Source: Candidatus Hadarchaeota archaeon (GTDB taxonomy: Archaea; CAYQAE01; CAYVLA01). From it: a stretch of 64,000 nucleotides of DNA. How positions within the stretch are numbered: the first letter of the stretch is position 1; every line of letters starts with the position of its first letter. The notes below the pieces were generated by a model. The model was not told the origin of the DNA, did not search any database, and saw only the letters and a program-made list of their open reading frames with translations. The stretch is taken from assembly GCA_964621445.1 (NCBI GenBank), contig CAZUNO010000008.1, positions 1 through 64,000 of the forward strand, written 5' to 3'. Made by a program: the position numbers and the translations under genes. This document shows positions 39,337-46,847 of the stretch, piece by piece.

Positions 39337-40650
39337 ATGGAGATTCAGATCGCCAGCGAGGAGGCCATTGGACTTCTTTGCTATTCAACCACCCCCCCCG
39401 GCATCGGAGGGCGAATAAAGGATACCATCGAGGACTTCGTGGTGGAAGAGATTCTGGAAGGATGTCAAACCGTGCAGGTGGGCAGGGGTTTGGTGCCCAC
39501 ACCGCAAAGCGAGGGGGGCAAATACTGTCATTTCTGTCTGGAGAAGAGGGGAATCGATCTCTTTCAGGCAATTGAGCGAGTTTCAAAAGCCATTGGTGTC
39601 CATGGGAGGGATTTTTCATACCAGGGAACGAAGGATGCCAGGGCTATAACCTGCCAGCTGGTTTCCGTGAAGGGAGTCGATCCGGATCGGATGCCCGATT
39701 GGGGTCAGGGAAGGGTTAGGATCCATACCCCCTATTCGGCAACAGAGGAGCTGAGAAGAGGGGGGCACTGGGGAAATTCGTTTCTGGTGAAGATCAGGGG
39801 AGCGGATTGCAGCGGCCACCAGGCTGAGGACAGGGTAAGGGAGGTTGGATCCCAGATAGTTGAGAACGGGGGCGTCCCCAACTTCTTTGGACACCAAAGA
39901 TTCGGAACCACCAGATCAAACACCCATATAGTTGGATGCCACATGCTGGCAGGAGATTTTGAATCCGCGGTTCGAGAGTACCTTTGCGTACCCTACGAGG
40001 GGGAGAGGAAGGACGCGCTTGGGGCCAGGATGAGATTGATGGAGAACTGGGATCCCGAATCCGCATTGAACTACTTTCCCCAAAGGCTGAACTACGAGAG
40101 AATGATGTTGAAGCACCTATCTCTTCATAAAAATGACTATCTGGGGGCCCTGAGGCGTTTGCCCAATAACCTCCTCAGTCTTTTCCCCCGGGCATATCAA
40201 TCATATCTCTTCAACCTCACCCTGTCCAGGAGATTAGGGGAGGAGGAATCTTTCTTACCCAGAGACGGCGATGTTATCGAGAAGGGTGACCTTTACCTTG
40301 CGGTTGGTGAGGATATCAGTCCCCATAAGGCAACCAAGGAGATGGAAAGGGGAGTAGCCCGGCTGGTCTATTCTGTGGTCGGATACGCCTCGGCGGCACG
40401 GGGACCGCTTTCCTCGGATGTGGAGGAGACGATGGTTCGGGAGGGAGTTACTCCTGCCTTTTTCTATTCGAGGCAGCTTCCGGATCTAAACCCAGGTGGC
40501 TCCTATCGCCCTCTGCTTTCCCCGGTCATGGGCCTGAAGGTGGAGACCGCGGATAATGATCGTGTTGACCTCTCCTTCAAACTCAGGAAGGGCTGCTATG
40601 CCACGGTGGTGCTCAGGGAGTTCATGAAGGCCGGTATCACGGCCTACTAG
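39337..40650 (+). CDS. truD: tRNA pseudouridine(13) synthase
   Basis: EDFVVEE, GTKDARAIT, GNSF, PNFFGHQRFG, AYQSYLFN, GCYATVVLRE. Confidence 0.95.
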   Translation: MEIQIASEEAIGLLCYSTTPPGIGGRIKDTIEDFVVEEILEGCQTVQVGRGLVPTPQSEGGKYCHFCLEKRGIDLFQAIERVSKAIGVHGRDFSYQGTKDARAITCQLVSVKGVDPDRMPDWGQGRVRIHTPYSATEELRRGGHWGNSFLVKIRGADCSGHQAEDRVREVGSQIVENGGVPNFFGHQRFGTTRSNTHIVGCHMLAGDFESAVREYLCVPYEGERKDALGARMRLMENWDPESALNYFPQRLNYERMMLKHLSLHKNDYLGALRRLPNNLLSLFPRAYQSYLFNLTLSRRLGEEESFLPRDGDVIEKGDLYLAVGEDISPHKATKEMERGVARLVYSVVGYASAARGPLSSDVEETMVREGVTPAFFYSRQLPDLNPGGSYRPLLSPVMGLKVETADNDRVDLSFKLRKGCYATVVLREFMKAGITAY

Positions 40651-40759
40651 AGCCCTGGAGGTTACCGTCACATATTTAAGCTAATTCCAAGTCCTGAAAA
40701 GGTTGCCGGACCGCTTCGAGTTGTCAAGATCGATGCCAATCAGGTAGAGAGGTATAGGA

Positions 40760-41110
40760 ATGAGTGAAGACGTTGAGATGATGGAATTCAACGAGGACCT
40801 GATGACCGAGGAATCGTTCACCCGTTATCAGGAAATTCTCGTAAAGCCTGTCAAACTTTCCTCAGGGGACGACCTGGACGTCGTCTCAAGGGAGCTAAAG
40901 GAAGGTAATATCCTTCTCGTGAATCTATCTCCCCTGCAGTCTGAGGATCCCGAGATAGCTAGGGGGATAATAGATCAATTAAAGGGAGTTTGTACCGGCC
41001 TAGAGGGAGATATGGCCGCGGTTTCCGAGGACATAGTGCTTGTGGTGCCCTCCTTCGTCAGGATAGAAAAGGCCACGCCGGCAGAGGCTCAGGAAGAAGA
41101 ATTTACCTGA
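40760..41110 (+). CDS. sepF: Archaeal cell division protein SepF
   Basis: ELKEGNILLVNL, LKGVC..LEGDMA, VLVVPSFVRI. Confidence 0.82.
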   Translation: MSEDVEMMEFNEDLMTEESFTRYQEILVKPVKLSSGDDLDVVSRELKEGNILLVNLSPLQSEDPEIARGIIDQLKGVCTGLEGDMAAVSEDIVLVVPSFVRIEKATPAEAQEEEFT

Positions 41111-43010
41111 AGCGAACCGTCTCTAGATTTTTTGGCGAAAATGCGCTTATTCTGAGCATACGTCCGATGGATCGGGATAGCTTTTCACCCTTATCGTAGT
41201 CCCCGTGCTGTACGAGAATCCTATTTGGCCGGGGTGATGCCTTCTTGATGTACCTGAGAAGCTGTCCCCTGTCTGAGTGACCGCTGAAGCCGCCTATGGT
41301 CTCTGACTTCATCTTCATCTTGATAACATTGAGCTTTCCCCCGTCATCGGTGGCGGCAACTTCCTTTAGACCTTCCTGGATCCTTCTTCCTAGAGAACCC
41401 TCCGCCTGGTAGCAGACGAATACCAGGGTGTTCTTGGGATCCGGTGCCAGGCGCTTGAAATACTCTATTACCGGGCCGCCGACCATCATACCAGATGTTG
41501 CCAGGATAACACAGGGCTCGCCCTCGACCACGTCACCGAGTTCCCCCGGCTGGACGTTGTTAAATATGTCCGATAGGAAGGGGTTGTCCTCGTTATGGAG
41601 TATCCTGTTCTTGAGTTCGGAGGAGAGGTATTCCGGGTATGCGGTGTGAATGGCCGTTGCCGCCCGAATCATACCATGGAGATAAACGGGCACCTGGTCC
41701 ATTATCTTCTGGCGCATCTTCTCCTCGATGAGGATCATGAGTTCCTGGGCCCTGCCAACGCTGAGAACCGGTATTAGAACCTTTCCACCGCGCCTGGTGG
41801 TCTCGTTGATTATGCTGATCATCTTGCGTTCCGAGTCCTTCCGGGACTGCTGCATGTCCCTCGAGCCACCGTAGGTCGATTCCATGATCAGGCCTTCGAG
41901 ACGCGGGAATTTTGACCTGGCCGGGGGCAATAGCCTGGTCTGGGCGAACTTGAAGTCGCTGGTGTATACGATATTGTACAGTCCCTCTCCTACGTGTAGG
42001 TGGGTGATGGCTGAGCCAAGTATGTGGCCCGCATTGTGAAAGGTAAGCCGGATGTCCGGCGAAATATCCCTCACATCACCGTACCCCAAGGCGATGCTGT
42101 GTTTGATCATTTCCTTGATATCCTTCTTGGAGTATGGGGGGTCCTTGTCCTCCCTCATGGCGATGTCAAGGTAGTCGAGCTGGAGGAGGGTCATCAGGTC
42201 CCGGGTGGGTGGGGTGCAGTATGTGGGCCCCTCGTATCCGTACTTATATAGATAGGGAACGAAGCCACAGTGATCGAGATGAGCGTGGGAGAGGACCACC
42301 GCGTCAAGCTGGTCTATCTGGAACTCTGGCATGTTGAGATAGGGGAAGGCGCGGTCGGTATCCTGGCAGGCGATGTTAACCCCGCAATCAAGCATCACGC
42401 TGCTCTCGGCGGTCCTGATCAATTCACATGACCTTCCCACCTCGCGTGCGCCGCCTAGGAACGAAACTCTGATCCAGTCGGGCTCGCTCTCCGTCGTCCT
42501 GTAGATCCTTCTGCCAATCTTGCGGAGTATTCGCTTTCTTTCCTTGCTTTCGCTCTGGAGAGTGTTCTTTATGTCCTCCACTATTTCGCTGGGGAGGGGC
42601 GGGGTCCTGTTCACGTTCGGTGTCCATCTGGTCTTTGCCGTGATCTCCCTTAGGGTGGAGCCGGATTTGCCAACCACCAGTCCCAGTTTCTTGGCGTCTA
42701 TGATCACCTCTCCCGCTTCGCTATCGAAATCGATCTTGGTGATCCCGGCTTCATCAGGGACAATCTCCCTTATCTTCTGTTCCGCCTCCCTGGGGTCGGT
42801 CAAAACCGATTGATCGGCCCTGACGATAATCCTCTTCCTGACCTTCTTGGCCAGGCGACGGACTAGATTTCCGTTGTTTACCAGCAACTCCGGAGTGGTG
42901 GAGTATAGAACCAGGACGGGTCCCTCAAATTCCACGCTCGAAACCCAGGAGCTATCCGGTAGGAATTCTGCTACTTGTTTTCTTACTTCCTTGAGTTCAT
43001 TGTTAGACAC
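41103..43010 (-). CDS. fttA: Transcription termination factor FttA / beta-CASP ribonuclease aCPSF1
   Basis: Two KH domains, LGGAREVGRSC, HAHLDH, AGHILGS, MESTYG, GFSGHSD, PKNLETVRF tail. Confidence 0.96.
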   Translation of the reverse strand: MSNNELKEVRKQVAEFLPDSSWVSSVEFEGPVLVLYSTTPELLVNNGNLVRRLAKKVRKRIIVRADQSVLTDPREAEQKIREIVPDEAGITKIDFDSEAGEVIIDAKKLGLVVGKSGSTLREITAKTRWTPNVNRTPPLPSEIVEDIKNTLQSESKERKRILRKIGRRIYRTTESEPDWIRVSFLGGAREVGRSCELIRTAESSVMLDCGVNIACQDTDRAFPYLNMPEFQIDQLDAVVLSHAHLDHCGFVPYLYKYGYEGPTYCTPPTRDLMTLLQLDYLDIAMREDKDPPYSKKDIKEMIKHSIALGYGDVRDISPDIRLTFHNAGHILGSAITHLHVGEGLYNIVYTSDFKFAQTRLLPPARSKFPRLEGLIMESTYGGSRDMQQSRKDSERKMISIINETTRRGGKVLIPVLSVGRAQELMILIEEKMRQKIMDQVPVYLHGMIRAATAIHTAYPEYLSSELKNRILHNEDNPFLSDIFNNVQPGELGDVVEGEPCVILATSGMMVGGPVIEYFKRLAPDPKNTLVFVCYQAEGSLGRRIQEGLKEVAATDDGGKLNVIKMKMKSETIGGFSGHSDRGQLLRYIKKASPRPNRILVQHGDYDKGEKLSRSIGRMLRISAFSPKNLETVRFR

Positions 43011-43225
43011 TGGTACACCCCTAGAAGGTGTGGAATCTAATATATGTCCAATTACAAGATCTATTCATATCAATTCAGCAGTAATTGTGACTGTAGTCAC
43101 CATGAATCAATAGAAAATACCCTCACATACCACGTATGGCCTGTTTATAACCTTGGACAAAAAACCATGTCTGCCGAGTCGGTGAAAATATTTCACACAT
43201 CCCAGGAGACAAAAACCGTAAAAGG
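43011..43225 (-). promoter_or_regulatory. Long putative 5' leader of fttA with U-tracts and short hairpins
   Basis: About 210 non-coding nt between the predicted TSS and GTG 43010; repeated GGTTTTT(T)GTC; three perfect inverted repeats. Confidence 0.5.
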
Positions 43226-43247
43226 TGGACGTTGATCTCCAACGCGC

Positions 43248-43264
43248 TATATAAAGGTTTTCTT
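43248..43264 (-). promoter_or_regulatory. BRE-TATA promoter of fttA
   Basis: Minus strand AAGAAAACC-TTTATATA, a near-consensus archaeal promoter. Confidence 0.65.
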
Positions 43265-43294
43265 AACGATGGGGAGTGGGCCGTTATTTCCACA

Positions 43295-44113
43295 CTAGGA
43301 TCCAATCACTATTCTGAGGAAGTTCCTCGTTGCGGGGGCGAGCCCTATGACCATTATCACCATCTTAATGAACAGCCTCATCTCCCTTTCCTCCACGTGC
43401 TCATCCAGCAGGTAGAGGACCAAGGGGAGGGCTAGCAGCTTCATGAGATACATTGCCGCTGCAGTCCCGGAAATATCGATCAGCGTCCTCGGCAAGACGT
43501 GTTGTTCAGCGTAATCGTAAAAGTCGATCCCGATGAAGGTCACCGTGGCGTCAACCAGGTGACAACCCAGGGCAGCCACGTTTTCCCTGTTCCAGAGAAC
43601 CGGGAGCCGCTCTCCCCATTGAAGGTGAAGAAAGGCCAGAAATCCGCATATCCCAGCGGATAGGGCACCCATAGCCATTCCCGCAACCGGTCTTTCCACC
43701 ATTCCAAGAAGGGGAAGTAGCTGGGAGGTGGCAAGCACGATGCCCACGGTTATCACCGTCTGCTTTACCTCAACTCCCGATAATCTCCTAACCGCGAGGG
43801 CCAGGAGAAGGGATCCAGCGAATATGGCCATGGTGGTGATGTATATACCCGGTGAGATCAGTAGGTAGGTGTAGGGATATTTCCCCGCGTCCACTAGCAC
43901 CCTGATACTGGTGGCCAGTACTAGGAAGGGCAGGAACATTAGGAAGAGGTCAAATTTGAACCGGTATCCAGTCTTCTTTATGGATTTGTAGGTTACTACC
44001 GCCGCAATCCCCAGTATCGCTCCGTATACCAGGGTATTTACCCAGTTATACCCGCTTCTTTCCCATATTGGGGAAATGAAATATCTGCGTATGATGTCAA
44101 GAAGGGAGTACAT
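43295..44113 (-). CDS. DUF63 family membrane protein
   Basis: GYNWVNTLVY, RVLVDAG, SPGIY, HLVDA..TFIG, EQHVLP, GLAPATRN. Confidence 0.88.
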   Translation of the reverse strand: MYSLLDIIRRYFISPIWERSGYNWVNTLVYGAILGIAAVVTYKSIKKTGYRFKFDLFLMFLPFLVLATSIRVLVDAGKYPYTYLLISPGIYITTMAIFAGSLLLALAVRRLSGVEVKQTVITVGIVLATSQLLPLLGMVERPVAGMAMGALSAGICGFLAFLHLQWGERLPVLWNRENVAALGCHLVDATVTFIGIDFYDYAEQHVLPRTLIDISGTAAAMYLMKLLALPLVLYLLDEHVEEREMRLFIKMVIMVIGLAPATRNFLRIVIGS

Positions 44114-44165
44114 ATATTTAAGATCAGCTCTAGATGGGGCGATTAAATGCTTCGGTGATTATGAC

Positions 44166-45215
44166 TTGAAAAGACCGAAGCGGATGGAACTTCCCCGGTA
44201 CGTTGATATCGGATCGGGAATCCTCCGAGGTATTCCGGAAACACTCAATTCCATGAGGATTGAAGGTGACCTGCTGATAGTCACAGGTCCTACAAAAACC
44301 AGGAAATACGGGGAGAGGGTCTTCGATTCGGCATCCTCTGAGAGAGACGCTGAACTTCTATCCGTGTCCGGAGGCAAGAAAGAGGCGGCGGAAAATCTTG
44401 AAAAGAGTATGGACTCTGATAACGCCGCCGTAGTTGTCGGTGTGGGCGGCGGTAAGACCATAGATATAGCGAAATATGCTGCCTATCGTGCTAACTCGGA
44501 GTTCGTTAGCATGCCCACGGTTCTATCCCACGACGGCATAGCCTCCTCCCGGGTTTCCATGCCCAGCTCTGGCAAGGTGGCCTCTATGGATGCGGTGGCT
44601 CCCATGGCCATAATAATGGACACCGAAATCATTGCCAGTGCTCCCTACCGCTTCCTGGCCGCGGGATGTGGAGATATCATCGGGAAGAACACCTCCGTCT
44701 TGGATTGGCAGTTGGCCTACAGGCTTGGAAAGGAGGATATAAGCGAGTACGCTTGCGCCCTGACCATGATGAGCGCCAAGATAATAAGGGAGTCGGTTGA
44801 GGTGATCAGGACCGCAAGCGAAGATGGAGTGAGGATGGTGGCCAAGGCCCTTATGGGAAGCGGGGTGTCCATGAGCATAGCCGGTTCAAGCAGACCGGCT
44901 TCCGGTTCCGAGCACCTTTTCAGCCATGCGCTGGATTGCATTGCCCCGGAAGCGGCACTTCACGGTGAACAGGTTGGGTTGGGCACCATAATGATGATGT
45001 ACCTCCACGGAGGGGACTGGGAATCGATAAGGGATTGTCTCATCAGGGTAGGCGCTCCAGTGACAGCAGAGGAAATTGGGATCTCTGAAGAGAAGATAAT
45101 CAAGGCGTTAACGGATTCACATAAGATAAGGCCCTCAAGATATACCATTCTGGGCAAATCGGGCCTGAGCAAGACGGCCGCACGAAGACTAGCAAGGAGG
45201 ACGGAAGTGATTTGA
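44166..45215 (+). CDS. egsA: sn-glycerol-1-phosphate dehydrogenase
   Basis: GVGGGKTID, PTVLSHDGIAS, SSRPASGSEH, LHGEQ; TTG 44166 with GGTGAT SD. Confidence 0.95.
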   Translation: MKRPKRMELPRYVDIGSGILRGIPETLNSMRIEGDLLIVTGPTKTRKYGERVFDSASSERDAELLSVSGGKKEAAENLEKSMDSDNAAVVVGVGGGKTIDIAKYAAYRANSEFVSMPTVLSHDGIASSRVSMPSSGKVASMDAVAPMAIIMDTEIIASAPYRFLAAGCGDIIGKNTSVLDWQLAYRLGKEDISEYACALTMMSAKIIRESVEVIRTASEDGVRMVAKALMGSGVSMSIAGSSRPASGSEHLFSHALDCIAPEAALHGEQVGLGTIMMMYLHGGDWESIRDCLIRVGAPVTAEEIGISEEKIIKALTDSHKIRPSRYTILGKSGLSKTAARRLARRTEVI

Positions 45216-45667
45216 TAACCCTAATAGGCAAGAAACTGGCAAAACCAGGACAGGAGTTCATTCACTACGGAGTGGGTGACTGTAAGGAATGCATGGGATG
45301 CAAATTGAGGAAGGTCTGTGACAATCTAAAGGTTGGGAGAAGGTACACCGTCAAGAGTTCAATGAACAAGCCCCATGAGAAATGCAAGATACATGAGGAG
45401 GGAGTAATGCTGGTTGAGGTTGAGCCGGCGGAGATAGAGGTGTTAATCCCCTCCTCCCAGGCCAAGGAGAAGGAGGTTATCGCCTTCCTGAGTCCTGACT
45501 GTTCCAAATATTTCTGTGAGGATAGGGACCTATGCCACCCGGAAGGGATTGAGGACGGGGACAGGTGCCGTATTCTGAAGGTTAAGGAGAAGGAGCACAA
45601 GTGTGGGGAGGGAAACGAGCTGGCCCTGGTCCGACTGAAATTAGAGGGGGAAGAAGGTAAGGATTAA
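45212..45667 (+). CDS. UPF0179 family Cys-rich protein
   Basis: ITLIGKKLAKPGQEF, ECMGCKL..C.NL..GRRY, C.IH. Confidence 0.85.
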   Translation: MITLIGKKLAKPGQEFIHYGVGDCKECMGCKLRKVCDNLKVGRRYTVKSSMNKPHEKCKIHEEGVMLVEVEPAEIEVLIPSSQAKEKEVIAFLSPDCSKYFCEDRDLCHPEGIEDGDRCRILKVKEKEHKCGEGNELALVRLKLEGEEGKD

Positions 45668-45669
45668 TC

Positions 45670-46404
45670 CTATTCGGCCTGCCCGACTTCCTCCGCCTCT
45701 GAGGAGTCCTGCTCCTGCTGTTCCTCGGATGGCTCGACCGCGAAACTGATCTTCTCTATCTCCGGGACGTGTTCCTCTATATCATTTCGAATTAGGGAGC
45801 GAATGGCCTCCGTGGCCTGCTCGGACAGCTCTCCCGTATTCAGTTCTATTTCCGCTTCCTTCTCGGAGATATTGATAATATGGGAATCAGGGTCCATCCT
45901 CCTAAGGCGCCTGTCTATCAACCATCTTATCCTGGTCTCCGGATCGGTTGCCTCCCCCAGGACCTCCACTAGGTAATGCATTTCGCGACCCGCAAGGGGG
46001 TGATTGTAGTCCAGCCTTATTCTCCCGCCGCTGATGGACCTGATTATTGCTATGCCCCGGTTTGTCCGTACCGGGAGGCCTCGCACCGGGTTTATCCCTT
46101 TTTGCCTGAGAACGTTCTGGGTAACATGATCCATTAGCTTTGGATTCCTGTTTCCATAGGCGTTCTCCGGGGGCACGCCAAACTCCTTCTCCTCCCCCAC
46201 ATCCATGTTTTTCAGGGCCTCATCAACCCCGGGGGTAGGCTTCCCGGACCCTACCACGGTGACAAATGGCCTGTATTTGGATGGGTTATCCTCATCAAAA
46301 ATCCCTGCATCCCGGGCAACCTGTTCGATCGTTGTCTTGGTGATCTTTCCGGTTGTTGCTATCTTCTCAACGTAATTTATTCTGGTGATGCTCCCCTCGT
46401 TCAA
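45670..46404 (-). CDS. Long-type FKBP peptidyl-prolyl isomerase (SlyD-like)
   Basis: GVDEAL, PPENAYG, LDYNHPLAG; acidic tail. Confidence 0.88.
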   Translation of the reverse strand: MNEGSITRINYVEKIATTGKITKTTIEQVARDAGIFDEDNPSKYRPFVTVVGSGKPTPGVDEALKNMDVGEEKEFGVPPENAYGNRNPKLMDHVTQNVLRQKGINPVRGLPVRTNRGIAIIRSISGGRIRLDYNHPLAGREMHYLVEVLGEATDPETRIRWLIDRRLRRMDPDSHIINISEKEAEIELNTGELSEQATEAIRSLIRNDIEEHVPEIEKISFAVEPSEEQQEQDSSEAEEVGQAE

Positions 46405-46535
46405 TTGAACACCCTGACCCCCATCGGCCGATCTGAATTAAACTGTTTAGCCCAGGGTCACCAGCCTCCATGCGGCCATTTACCAGGGGCAAATATTTAT
46501 TAGAATATTAAAACCGGTAGGTTGGAGGAAAGGTA

Positions 46536-46847
46536 ATGAAGAGGTATGTCGGCGAGCTTACGTCCATAGAAGAAGTCCCAGATGCAAAGGTGAGCAAGGA
46601 TGAAGATGGACTTGAATGGAAGGACTTCATCCGGCGAATTAAGCTTGTGGGCTACCGAAAAGAGGATAACGAGATTGTCAGGGAGCTTCCCGAGGAACTG
46701 GATGAAAAGGTAATCGATCAGCCAAGGAAGCTCTGCATAAGCGAGGGTTACGACTGGCACTTCAAGACCAAGATCATTGACAGGCCGGTACTCATCACCT
46801 TCAGCGAGGAAGAAAGCGAGGCAATAGAAAAGGGCAACTATCCCTGA
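46536..46847 (+). CDS. Hypothetical protein, 103 aa
   Basis: ATG with GGAGG SD, AT-rich promoter upstream, protein-like composition. Confidence 0.75.
   Translation: MKRYVGELTSIEEVPDAKVSKDEDGLEWKDFIRRIKLVGYRKEDNEIVRELPEELDEKVIDQPRKLCISEGYDWHFKTKIIDRPVLITFSEEESEAIEKGNYP

Noticed and set aside
43044-43305. Short ORFs 43044-43235 (+) and 43123-43305 (-) in the fttA upstream gap
   Set aside because: No SD or recognisable motif, atypical composition, and the minus ORF crosses the TATA box; better explained as regulatory DNA, though a leader peptide is not strictly excluded.
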